A DNA stretch of 64,000 nucleotides from Octopus sinensis (lineage: Eukaryota), in assembly GCF_006345805.1 (NCBI RefSeq), contig NC_043004.1, positions 99,076,001 through 99,140,000 of the forward strand, given 5' to 3'. The translations under genes and the position numbers were made by a program. Positions 12,342-24,204 of this stretch are shown in pieces. The notes beneath the pieces are model-generated. The model saw nothing but the letters and a program-made list of their open reading frames with translations. It was not told the DNA's origin and ran no database searches. Positions within the stretch are counted from its first letter, which is position 1. The number at the start of each line of letters is the position of its first letter.

Positions 12342-12574
12342 AAGGCGGCGAGCTGGCAGAAACGTTAGCATGCGGGGCGAAATGCGTAGCCGTATTTCGT
12401 CTGCCATTACGTTCCAAGTTCAAATTCCGCCGAGGTCGACTTTGTCTTTCATCCTTTCGGAGTCGATAAATTAAGTACCAGTTATGCACTGGGGTCGATA
12501 TATTCGACTTAATCCGTTTGTCTGTCCTTGTTTGTCCCCTCTGTGTTTAGCCCCTTGTGGGTAATAAAGAAATA
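12342..12574 (+). mobile_element. SINE family C with 18-bp TSD
   Basis: Same consensus as 11138. The TSD ggttacatgtgctgccat is at 12319-12336 and 12575-12592. Confidence 0.93.
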
Positions 12575-13185
12575 GGTTACATGTGCTGCCATTCCTTCTC
12601 TGACTAAAAAGTAAAACATAATCTGATACATTTCCTTTGTGTTTCTTTCATCACCACTTCAAGTAGGTGCAGTGAAGTTTATGCTTTTCTGAGAAAAACA
12701 AGACTAAAAGCAAATACGTCCTATGTTGTCTCATAAGATTCCTGACAAAAGGAATATAATATTAGCTGTTACCTAATATCATCATTTATCACTATGCATA
12801 TATGGTTTTGCTAGCTTTTTTTAATGTTCCATGCATGGAATATCTTAGCACTTAACCTAAACAATAAACTTAATTTGCTTGCCAAACTTATAGATGATAA
12901 AGTATGCTTTGCATAATTTACTTTAAAATAATCTAAATGATTTAGATGAGGCATCACCACTCACTACTTTGTATATATAATAAAGAAGATATTTTACGAT
13001 ATAATTAAGCTAAAGAAAAATCAAAAGACGCAAAAGAGATGTGAAAAGTGTAGGTGACCAGAAATAAGATGATCTTACAAACTGTCGCAAACTTTTAAAA
13101 ATATTGGGCATCAATGAATGGGTGAAAATTCGTGATTTCAAGTTTCATTTGTTTTCTTATTTCTAATCACTATAATATAGATGTA

Positions 13186-13400
13186 CTGTAAATCTTCAAA
13201 TATAATCTGCATTTTTTCGCCAAAATTTAAAGGTCAAAATCTCGCGTGCGTACTATATACGAGTTTAAAAATGAAAAATATTTTCTAAGCAATGTCCGAG
13301 TCTCTATTTGCTGTTGGCAATGTTTATTCAGACGCATTTTGTGATGTCGGGCGCGAAAATACCATATATTTTTCAATGAAGTAGGTTTCCTTATTTAATC
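13186..13400 (+). mobile_element. Possible left end of a pogo/Tigger-like DNA transposon
   Basis: TA followed by ctgtaaatcttcaaatataatctgca...tgcgtactatatacgag, a terminal motif with a subterminal inverted repeat. No matching right end was found. Confidence 0.4.
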
Positions 13401-13699
13401 TAACTTGTGTTGGTGTTCCAATGGCACATTGATAAAATGGAAAGATTACAAATTGTGGTAGAAGTTGCTTTGCATATTTCTTAATATGTTCACTAAAGGG
13501 TATCAGTCTGTATTCTTGGAATGCAATCTGCTGTCAGTGCAGAGTGCATCTACGTCTGAGCGATAATCCCATGGACCCTATGTAGTTCTGTGGCAGCCTG
13601 AGCATCTTATAACATAAATCAGGTTTTCTGAAGCACAAGTAAAGTCAGAAAATCAAATCTGATGATGATATATATATATATATATATATATACAGGAGT

Positions 13700-13915
13700 G
13701 TTTGTCTTTATCTTTGTGTTTGTCCCCCACCCATCACTGATTGACAAACAGTGTTGGTGTATTTCAGTTCCTGTAATCTAGCAGTTCAGCAAAAGATATT
13801 GATATAATAAATCTAGGCTCACAAGGAATAAGTCCTGGGGTTTCTTTGCTCAACTAAAAACCCTTCAAAGCAGTACTCCAGCATGGCTACAGTCAAATGA
13901 CTGAAACATGTACAA
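13700..13915 (+). mobile_element. Diverged 3' half of SINE family A
   Basis: gtgttggtgtatttcagttcc...gaataagtcctgggg...ccagcatggctacagtcaaatgactgaaac. Confidence 0.7.
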
Positions 13916-13929
13916 AGAGCGAGATATAT

Positions 13930-14115
13930 ATCATCATCATCATCGTTTAACGTCCGTTTTCCATGCTAGCATGGGTTGGACGGTTCAACTGGGGTCTGGG
14001 AAGCCAGGAGGCTGCACCAGGCTACTCAGATCTGGCAGTGTTTCTACAGTTGGATGCCCTTCCTAATGCCAACCACTCCGTGAGTGTAGTGGGTGCTTTT
14101 TACGTGCCACCTGCA
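13930..14115 (-). mobile_element. RTE-type LINE 3' end
   Basis: Reverse complement of the 2327/8085 sequence, with a (CAT)n tail. Confidence 0.85.
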
Positions 14116-14209
14116 CGTTTATATATATATAAACATATGACTAGCTTCTTTTTGTTTCTTTTTCCAAATCCACTTGCAAGGCTTTCATTAGTATTCTTTT
14201 CTTTTATTC

Positions 14210-14740
14210 TTTTATTCATTTCAGTCATTTTGACTCTGGCCATGCTGGAGCACCACCTTTTTTACAATAGAACAAAATTCATATTATTTACTCTCAACCA
14301 AAGCAAGGCTCTATAACCTCACTACCTCCTCCTGGCCCAAAACAAAAGAAAAAGTGAATGGACGTTGTGGAGGGGGTCTCTAATAAACCAGCCTCTCAGT
14401 TCACAAAAAAAAGCAAATCGACCCCATTCTTTGTAAGCCTAGTACTTATTCTATCGGTCTCTTATGCTGAACCACTAAGTTACAGGGACGTAAACACACC
14501 ATCATCGATGTCAAGCGATGTTGGGGGACACACACCCACAAACATATTCACACACACACATACATATACATATATACGATGCGCTTCTTTCAGTTTCAAT
14601 CTACCAAATCCACTCACAAGGCTTTGGTTGGCCCGAGGCTTTAGTAGAAGACACTTGCCCAAGGTGCCATGCAGTAGGACTGAACCTGGAACCATGTGGC
14701 TGGTTAGCAAGCTATGTACCATAGTCACCCCTGTGCCTAT
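14210..14740 (-). mobile_element. SINE family A interrupted by about 140 bp of unrelated sequence (about 14270-14411)
   Basis: The 3' end is at 14210-14265, and the body resumes at gcaaatcgacccc (about 14412). Confidence 0.8.
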
Positions 14741-15767
14741 ATGGAATGATATTTTATATCATTGAGTAGAAATTTATAAACTTATAATTTTGAAGTTTTT
14801 CCAAAGATGCCATGTGATTGTAGATTAAGCTCACCATTTCAAACATTTTGGATCTTTGCAGCCTTTCATACAATCACAAAGAATAAATAATCTGTGAGGC
14901 ACAAGTGCTGGCATGATTGTAATGAGAAAATGGTTTATATAATTCATAGAAAAATAAATGGTATGGAGTAAAACTAGAAAAACTAAGAAACCATTCAATA
15001 AAGATTAAAAAAATTAAATTTTATAAACATGAATCTGTTTTATAAAATAATGAAAGAAAACTACAATTTTAATTTAAAAATAGTAATGATTTTTTAGCTG
15101 GATTTTATTTTAAACAGATTTCTGTCACTGAATACAATGGTTAAAAATTTGCAATTCAGTTGTGGTTAGAAAACAAAAAAAAAAAAAACCAGAAAGGAGA
15201 AAGAAAAAAATAACTGTAAACAGTAATTGTTGAAAAACATTGGTGAAGGACTGGAAAACACAATATATTTATTTATTCCAAGAATACGAATGAGATGCTT
15301 GGGAATATTGACAATGTAAACTTGGGGAAGAATATTAATAATATAAATGATTAAAATAAAGAGGGTAGTGAAGAAAAAAATGTTTCCCATCCTGCCCAGA
15401 TTTTTAAATACTTTTGCTTCTTTTATTCTTGTGCTAGATTCAAGATTCTGAATTGTATCCAACTTGGGCAACACTTTGAAAGATTCATTCAATCGAATCA
15501 GTGCCATTTCATACATGTGAAGCTGGCACTTGTTCCCTTTGTCTCCCTTCGCTGCAAAGTTAAGCTACAAGGACGTAAACAAATCAAAAATAATTGTTGA
15601 GTGTTGAGAAACAAATGCAAGCACACAATCATGTGCATGTACACATATATACCTGCCCCTCCCCACTCACAGACACAAATAATAATAATAATAATAACAA
15701 CAACAAGAACAACAACGACGATGACGATGACAACAACAACATCAACAACAACAACAATAATAATAAA

Positions 15768-15869
15768 AGATCTGGAAATAGAGGTAACTCGAATGTGAAG
15801 CCTAAAAACAGAAACAAAAGATATGGAAATAGAGGTAACTCGAATATGGAGGCTAAAAACAGAAACAAT
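15768..15869. repeat. 51-bp tandem duplication (2 diverged units)
   Basis: agat[c/a]tggaaatagaggtaactcgaat...aaaaacagaaacaa at 15768 and 15819. Confidence 0.9.
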
Positions 15870-16129
15870 TCTTATTATAGTAGATGCTTATTATTATAGT
15901 ATGATAAAAATACATTCACACAAATATATAAGAAAAAAACCAGGACTTCCAAGTATATATATAAAAAAAGTAAATAGCACTACTAGGCAAGGTTCCATGT
16001 ATTGTGACTGAACCCAAAATCACCGGGCTTCAAACTAAACTTCTTAAGCATACAGCTATACTTATCTAAGAAGACATTTCATAACCGCAAGGTTATTTAT
16101 TGTATTGTTTTTTTTCACTGCTCTGATTT

Positions 16130-16660
16130 TTTTTTATTGCACGTTACAGGATGTAAATGATTTCAGAAGAAAATTGGGTGTAAGAGGCATCAGATGTTGT
16201 GTGCAAGAGAGAAGACTGTGCTGGTTTGGTCAAGTGATGCGTATGGATGACGACAGCTGCATGAAGAAATGTCAAGCTCTAATTGTAGAGGGAAAATGTG
16301 GAAGGGGTAGACCCAGGAAGAGGTGGCATGAAATGGTGAGAAAGGATCTTCAGATCTTCAGAGTGGTGATTTGTAGTAGTTGATAAGACACATCAAACTA
16401 TGTAAAATCATTATCATCCATATATACATGCTAGTCCTTCACAGGTGCCAGTGTCACTTAAAATGCACTTGTGAAGGTGCTGCATGAATGCACTCATGCC
16501 GGTGGCACATAAAATGCACTCAGCACTCAGCCATGGAAACCATGCCACAGCAGACAGTTGGAGTCTGGACAGCTCCCTGGCTAGCCAATCCCTGTCAAAC
16601 TGTCAAACGCATGCCAAAATGGAAAACAGATGTTAAACAATGATGATGATGATGATGATT
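16130..16660 (+). mobile_element. RTE-clade LINE C-terminal fragment plus diverged 3' end
   Basis: ORF 16105-16383 reads RRLCWFGQVMRMDDD...GRGRPRKRWHEMVRKDL, matching the RTE motif RRLRWxGHVxRM...RGRPxxRW. It is followed by the (GAT)n-tailed 3' end. Confidence 0.88.
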
Positions 16661-16878
16661 AACACCGAGCATCCCCTGCTGTATATTTAGGGTATGAACA
16701 ATATATTTTTGCATGGGATAGACCAAACCTCATCAACGTCTTCAAGATCTTCATCATGCTAAAAGACGATGATTGGTTTAGAAATGGTGCTGCTGATTTC
16801 TAGCAACAGTTTATAGAAGTTGGGTGAGAATGAAGAAATTGGTATGCCTAATGAGCAAACCTACACAGCTGAAGGTAT

Positions 16879-17283
16879 ACTCTCTTTTCTCTTTTACTTG
16901 TTTCAGTCATTTGACTGTGGCCATTCTGGAGCACCGCCTTTAGTCGAGCAATTCGGTCCCGGGACTTATTCTTTGTAAGCCCAGTACTTATTCTATCGGT
17001 CTCTTTTGCCGAACCACTAAGTGACGGGGACGTAAACACACCAGCATCGGTTGTCAAGCGATGTTGGGGGGACGAACACAGACACACAAACATACACGCA
17101 CACACATATATACATATATACGACAGGCTTCTTTCAGTTTCCGTCTACCAAATCCACTCACAAGGCATTGGTCGGCCCGGGGCTATAGTAGAAGACACTT
17201 ACCCAAGATCCCACGCAGTGGGACTGAACCCGGAACCATGTGGTTGGTAAGCAAGCTACTTACCACACAGCCACTCCTGCGCC
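16879..17283 (-). mobile_element. Full-length SINE family A flanked by an 81-bp direct duplication
   Basis: Family A consensus, with near-identical flanks at 16798-16878 and 17293-17373. Confidence 0.93.
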
Positions 17284-17905
17284 TAGCAACACTTCTAGCA
17301 ACAGTTTATAGAAGTTGGGTGAGAATGAAGAAATTGGTATGCCTAATTAGCAAGCCTACACAGCTGAAGGTATGCAGTGAAATCTGAAAAAAACAATACC
17401 TTTGGTATGTCAGAGTATTAACGGGTTATGTGCATAGGGTACCCCCAGAACATCCTATGTGCTTGTATCTAATTTTAAGGACCCTCTGTTGCTATTTCAT
17501 TGTTTTATATTATTGTTATTTATTAATTTTTATGTATTAATGTCTATGTATTGTGATTGCTGATATGATCCTCCCCCACCTCGCCACCACTGCTCCTTGT
17601 TTGTTGTTTTCTATTTTACTTTTGCACTGTCCTTACAATCTTGGGCCCTAGTGGCCAATAAAATAAACCATTATTATTATTGTTGCTGATAGTAGAATTT
17701 TATTGGATTGCTTAGTGTTTTTATTTTATTTTATTGACGTCATTCTGTTTTTTTTTGTTTTTTTTTATCACTTATTAAATAAAAAAAAAATTGTTTTTCA
17801 TGGAAAATTGTGAGTGTTTTTTTTTTTTTTAGTTTTTTTCCTTCTCAGTCCTGTTAAGAATCATTAAGTTACTATAAACAAATAAAGAAATAACTAGAAA
17901 GAAAT

Positions 17906-18290
17906 TATCATCATCATCATCAGTGTTGTCATCGTCATCATCATTATCTACATTCCCCTACCACCACCACCACCGCCACCACCACCACCACCACCGCCAC
18001 CACCACCACCACCACCGCCACCACCACCACCACCAACAACAACAACATTATGAATCATCATTATCATCATTAAGTACACCATCACTACAACCACCCCCAT
18101 AACACAATCATTGTAATAATCATCATCATCATCACCATCATCATCACCATCATCATCATTATCATTTCTGTATCCTACTAAAAGCAGAAATTATTATTAA
18201 TATCATCATTATTATAGCAAGTAAAAATAAAACAATAGCGAAACAATCAATGCTATTATTATATTATTATTATTATTATTATTATTGCTA

Positions 18291-18333
<43 letters not shown>

Positions 18334-18335
18334 TG
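17906..18335. repeat. Compound microsatellite (CAT)n/(CAC)n/(CAA)n/(TAT)n
   Basis: Directly visible. Confidence 0.95.
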
Positions 18336-19131
18336 ACATTATTGGTAAAGTTATGCACAATTTTTATAAATATATTTTTATTTTTATTAATAATAACTAA
18401 AGGAAAACCATAAAACTATTATGCTTGTTTGCAAAACAGATTTAATAGAAATTTAGTTGTTTATACATACATACATACATACATACATACATACATACAT
18501 ACATACATGTATATATGTATATGTGTATATATATATATATACATGTATGTATGTATGTATGTATATATGTATGTGTGTGTGTGTGTGTGTGTGTATGTAT
18601 ATATGTATGTAGGTATTTATGAATGCATGTATGTATATATGTAAGTGTGGGCATGTATGTAACACAGTAAATATATATAAATGAAATTCAATATTTTAAT
18701 AACAATAATGCATAAATAATACAATAGTAATAATAATCATTTCTTTATTGGCCACAAGGGCCCAAACACAGAATACAAAACATTTTATACTAGCAGAGTA
18801 GTATAACCTATACACACACAAACACACACACACACAGACATACACACGCACACACACACATACAATTGATGGAAAGAAAGAGGAAATTTACTAAAATCTA
18901 ACAATTTTTGATACATACAAATACAAATACAAACATGCCTAGACACCCACACAGGGGTAAAAATTTTTTTTATTTAGGTAAGATGGGAGCTCTACCTCAA
19001 CTATGACTGCTTCCAGCCCTAACTGCCTTCTGCAAATTCTCCAATATTGACATAAGACTGTTTCATTTTTGGCTAACTATGAAGTCCCCTAGACCATGTG
19101 GGGAGAATATGTAAACTTGTGCTTTGATTTT

Positions 19132-19746
19132 TGTTGTGATGAGAGTTATGACGCCCCCTGGCGAGAGACAAATTGGTCCTAGTAAAGTATAAATAGTAAC
19201 AGTCTGAGTAGGGCTCAGAAGTTCAGAGTCGAGTGAAGTTCGTGTTAGTTCGCAGTAAAGTCAGAAGGTGTCAGGTGGTTAGTTCACAAGGAATATTGAT
19301 TGTTGGTTCATAAAGAGATTTGTTAGTTTGTTGCATTGTTTTTACTGTTGTTTGGTTATCTTATTTATTGTCGGTTGGTCGGGACCCCCTTCGGTCACGG
19401 CACTGACCATGGGATTGCACCAAGAAAGTTACCCTCCTAGTCACAAGTCTGGGCAAGGTGGTTTATGGAAGACCAGCAGTCGCCCATGCATACTAGCCTC
19501 CCCTCTCCACGCCACCAGTGTTATCCAAGGGAAAACAAAGAGGCTGATACAGCTTGGCACCAGTGACGTCGCAACTCATTTCTACAGCTGAGTGAACTGG
19601 AGCAACGTGAAATAAAGTGTCTTGCTCAAGAACACAACATGCAGCCCGGTCCGGGATTCGAGCTCACAACCTCACAATCATAAGCTCGATGCTCTAACCA
19701 CTGAGCCATGCACCTTCCTTTTTTTATTGTAACAGATTACGTCACA
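19132..19746 (+). mobile_element. Gypsy-like 5' LTR interrupted by a SINE
   Basis: Starts TGTTGTGAT, has tataaata at about 19187 and ends ...gtcaCA. It is followed by a PBS-like TGGCGCC (19749) and a gag-like reading frame. Confidence 0.7.
19378..19717 (-). mobile_element. tRNA-derived SINE family E
   Basis: The minus strand reads gaaggtgcatggctcagtggttagagc...gagctcgaatccc (A and B boxes). Homologous to 43142-43448. Confidence 0.9.
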
Positions 19747-19806
19747 TCTGGCGCCAAAGGTTTTGAAGCTATTTAACAATTTGTTTGTGTTACAACTTGT
19801 TAAATA

Positions 19807-20755
19807 ATGGAAGACCTATCAGCTTCCATAGTACCATTTCAAAAGCAGCAAGTGCAGCAACAGGAGTTGCAGAAGCAACCATTACAGCAACAATTACAAC
19901 AACAACAATTATTTAACCTATATTCAAAGAAATCCAAAAATGAGGTAGGTTCGTTTTCGCCAGATGGCGTTTCAAACTCGATTAGAGAATTCAGTTATAA
20001 TCCAAAGTAGGGTATAACTTTTGCATCGTACTATGGATGGTACGATGAGATTTTTAAGTTAGGTTGCAAATCAAGGTCGGACGAACAAAAAGTGAGTTTA
20101 TTATTGTGAAAATTAGCTACGTTAGAGCATGAACATTACTGTAATTTTGTATTGCCCAAAGAACCCAATCAACTTTCTTTTGAAGAAACAATAGAATTAC
20201 TCTGTTGTGTCTGGGGAGAGTCATTTTCTTTTTGTGCCTTATTATTTAACACACTCACCGGAAATAAGTGGAAATTTTACCGGTGAGTGTGTTAAATAAT
20301 AAGGCACAAAAAGAAAATGACTCTCCCCAGACACAACAGAATATGCTTCAACACACGAACTCATATAAAGAATCTTGCAAGCCAAATCCAAAAACGAAAT
20401 AGAGTTACTGTCTAACATGTTCGATGATAAAACTTCTCTATTTAACACTCGAATGGAGTATTAGAATATTACAAAAAAAGAGAATGATGATTTTATCATA
20501 TAAGCAGGAACAGTTACTAGTATGTGTGCAAATTTTAAACTCAAAGAACTTATATCTGAGATGTTCACGTGTCTTATATTCATACATGGCCTTACAGCAA
20601 GATACAGAATTCGGGCAAGAATTCTTTCTAAATTGGAACAAGTGAACCAAGATCTAACCTTACAGTCCGAAGCAGAAGGATACCAAAGGATAATAAGCCT
20701 GAAACACGATGTAGAAAAAAATCAGGAAAGGGATTCCTCAAAAATATCCATGTTT
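19807..20755 (+). pseudogene. Degenerate Gypsy gag-like ORF
   Basis: SNSIREFSYNP*GITFASYY...EQKVSLLL*KL...NFVLPKEPNQLSFEETIELL, resuming after an insert as ELLSNMFDDKTSLFNTR...FTCLIFIHGL...RILSKLEQ. This resembles the gag of invertebrate K02A2.6-type Gypsy elements. No pol is present. Confidence 0.8.
20201..20340. repeat. Perfect 61-bp inverted repeat with 18-nt spacer
   Basis: 20201-20261 is the exact reverse complement of 20280-20340, checked base by base. Confidence 0.97.
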
Positions 20756-20777
20756 TGAATGTGGGGGAAAAAAAAGA

Positions 20778-20992
20778 CTCCTTTTTCTCTTTTTACTTGT
20801 TTCAGTCATTTGACTATGACCATGCTGGAGCACCACCTTTAGTCAAGCAAATCGACCCCAGGACTTATTCTTTGGAAGTCTAGTACTTATTCTATCTGTC
20901 TCTTTTGCCGGACCGCTAAGCTACGGGGACGTAAACACACCAGCATCGGTTGGTAAGCGAATTTAGGGGGATAAACACAGACACAAACATAT

Positions 20993-21023
<31 letters not shown>

Positions 21024-21194
21024 CATATCTACGACAGGCTTCTTTCAGTTTCTGTCTACCAAATCCACTCACAAGGCTTTGGTCAGCCCGAGGCTAAAGT
21101 AGAAGACACTTGTCCAAGGTGCCATGCAGTGGGACTGAACCTTGAACCATGTGGTTCATAAGCAAGTTGCTTACCACAGAGCCACTCCTACGCC
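20778..21194 (-). mobile_element. Full-length SINE family A
   Basis: Family A head, body and tail. Confidence 0.9.
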
Positions 21195-22839
21195 TATATA
21201 TATATATATATATATGTGTGTATATGTATATATATATGTGTATATTTATATATATATATATATATATATACATGCATATTGCTTAGGTATACACATACAC
21301 AAACACACATAAGTGAATGTATGTATATATTCTCTTCACCTCAAAGTAGAAATTGATGCAGTTCTATATGCAATTCTTTTCCCCAGAAAGCTGGAAGTCG
21401 GTCCTAGCAACTAAGAGTTGAGTGTATAAGCCACAAACACACCGAAATCTTGGTAAAGTGATGAAAATCTCCAACTATTCTGTTTATCAACTGATGATTA
21501 TAAACATAGCAAGCTGTGGTTTTTGTAAAAGCATATAAAAATCATCCCTTTGCATGCAAAATTTTATTGATATTTGTGACTAGCTTCGAGAAAATCCAGT
21601 TACAATTTACCCCAAGGCGAGAAAAGCTGACCTAAACCATTGACATTAAAAGCTCATACCAAACTTATTATAGTCAATGTAATTCTACACACCCCACAAG
21701 AGAATCCCCAGAATTGCAGTATTTCCAAGCTGTCAACAGAACTTTTTCAGAAGTCAGTAGAAGTATTCAATGCAAGTCTTTCACCAGACCAAGTTGCAAT
21801 ATATATTTATTACTTATACAACGTAATCTGGTGAAAATTGAAAAGTAAAACCTGATATAAAACAGACACACAAAAAGAGAAGCACAAATATGGTTAAAAC
21901 TGATTAGAAATGATAAAAAGGTCAATAGCGGAATATATATGTATCCTATCATATATCACATATCACACAGTTCATGGAAAGTTATTGATTCTACACTGGA
22001 ATATCGCTTCTTTTGGGTGGATATACAGTTTCATTTATTCACTAATGGCATTAGCTAGAGGTGAAAATAATTGTTTGCTATCTTGCTAGATTCTATGGAA
22101 ATGAAGACAGCGATGGCGATACTGATGATGATGTCGATTATGATGATAATGATGATGATGAGGACGATGATAATGATGATGGTATTGGTACATTGTCAGC
22201 CACATGACATTGTCTATGTATTTCATGCCCATTTATTTCCATTTAAATCATATTGTCAAACTGCGAGATACTGTGCAGATCTAGTTAGATATTTTGTTGT
22301 TATCATATAAGACAAGAATAATGTGAAAACTCTCACCATGGTAATATTTGTAATATAATACATGTAAGTGAAAGGATGGTGAGTTGGTAGGAATAGTAGA
22401 ACATTAGTATTCAGTCATGTCCTTATACTTTCTAAGTCTAAATCCCACCAAGGTAGAATTTGCATTTCATTACAACCAGGTCAATAGAATGACTATCACT
22501 AATATGCTTCATTTGATTTAGTGCACTGATTTAGTGCACTGTATTTCTGCATATAATAAGTGATCTGTGCTTTTTTTGCTTTCAGTGGTTTATATTCTGT
22601 TATATATACATTTTATGTAGACAAATATAGTTAGTCTAAATGTTATTTAATGTCTTACAGAATCTCACAACCTGAGGTTTGTTCCCACTGCTGGGCATCT
22701 TGAGCAACTGTCTTTACTATAGACTCAGGCTGACCCGAGCCTTGTAAATAAAGAGAAGTGGATAGAAATTGTGTAGAGCTGCTAAATTTACTATAACTGA
22801 TTGTCAAAAGTCCACCTTTCTCTGTGTATGCCAGAACAC

Positions 22840-23060
22840 TTCTTAATCTTAATTAGTTTAAATTGCTCCTAGTTATCTCATGCTTCCACAATAATGACTC
22901 AAGAGTCAGTACATGCAAAAAATTTGAAAGTGGAGAACCCTGACAGTCTAATTTTGGTATCAGTGAAGATCCTGAGCCTGCATCTTCTCTACCAAATAAA
23001 CATTATCTGCATCAGAGTCAGCAGTCAAGGAGGATCTGCAAAATTCATGGTTAAAACACA
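22840..23060 (-). pseudogene. Possible L1/Tx1 RT fragment
   Basis: The minus strand gives QGSPLSNFLHVLTLESLL, similar to the L1-clade motif QGCPLSPLLFxLxxEPL. Confidence 0.45.
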
Positions 23061-23576
23061 TTTCTCTTGACTAAAATATAATAAATGGATTAGAAAATCA
23101 GAATTGTTTAAATTTTAACAATTCTGAGTTAATATTCAGAATCAAATGGAGTTTGCAAGAGAGAAAACTTGGGTAAGGACTGAAAAAAAAAAAAGATTAA
23201 GTAAGACATGGGAAGTAGTCATGAAGTTTCATCTCATGATCGTAGATTTTTCAAGTACAACTTAAAAAGTCAGTCACAGTGGTAGGACTCATACTCTAGA
23301 AATGGCAGCCAACTCGGAAAGCATAGAAACATGATTGTAAAGTGATAAGAACAACATTAATTTAAAAAATGATTTTGGTTAGTCTAAGTGGATGTTTAGA
23401 AATCTTATAAGCATTACATAACACCATTCATTCATATGCTTTGGGTTTGGTGCTAATTGAGTAAATCAAGACAGAGGTAAGCCAAGAAGTAAATCAAGAT
23501 AGAGGATAGCTGGATGGGGGATCACTTGGCTTGTCCGTTGATGAAGAGCATGGCTATACGCGTGAACTGAAAAAGT

Positions 23577-23810
23577 AAGGTGGTGAGCTGGTAGAAACGT
23601 TAGCATGCTGGGCGAAATGCTTAGTGGTATTTCATCTGCCGATACGTTCTGAGTTCAAATTCCACAGAGGTCTACTTTGCCTTTCATCCTATTGGGGTCG
23701 ATAAATTAAGTACTATTTGCATACTGGAGTCAATGTGATCAACTTAATCTCTTTGTCTGTCCTTGTTTGTCCCCTCTATGTTTAGTTCCCCCTGTGGGCA
23801 GTAAAGAAAT
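23577..23810 (+). mobile_element. Diverged SINE family C
   Basis: aaggtggtgagctggtagaaacgttagc...cctttcatcctattggggtcg...aaagaaat. Confidence 0.85.
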
Positions 23811-23984
23811 GAGATAGAGGTAAGCAAATGGGAGATCCTCAACAATGTGGTTCAATTTGCTAAAAGCTGCATCCTATTGTCTTTAAAAATCGAAGGATGT
23901 GCTGAACAGTATTGTTTTAGAATCACTTAACTGAAAAGAAGAAAAGGTCATGAATGGATTGTCTGTGATCACAGGTCTCCTTAA

Positions 23985-24204
23985 CCCTTTCATTACTGTA
24001 TTTATTTTGAGATGTTCTGTGTTTCTTTCAATTACTCTAAATATAACAAAGAATTTGGTAAAATAACTTAGTTATCATTCAACTAGTGTTAGGAACATAA
24101 ATTGTGACTATCGTTTGGTGGAAGATTTTAATTCAAAACTTATGAAAACAAGACATTTGTACTCAGAGCCAGAACCGGTTTCAGCCGGGTTGGTAACGAA
24201 AGGG
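23985..24204. mobile_element. piggyBac-type MITE
   Basis: TTAA flanks at 23981-23984 and 24205-24208. The TIRs CCCTTTCATTAC and GTAACGAAAGGG differ by 1 mismatch in 12. Confidence 0.88.

Noticed and set aside
15594-15899. ORF with polyN and two 17-aa repeats
   Set aside because: It is built from a microsatellite and a 51-bp duplication, with no splice or homology support.
16690-16878. Possible exon ending at gaag/gtat inside the 81-bp duplication
   Set aside because: All plus-strand frames have stops.
23538-23575. ttgatgaagagcatggctatacgcgtg as a hammerhead
   Set aside because: It lacks C3 and the GAAA motif.
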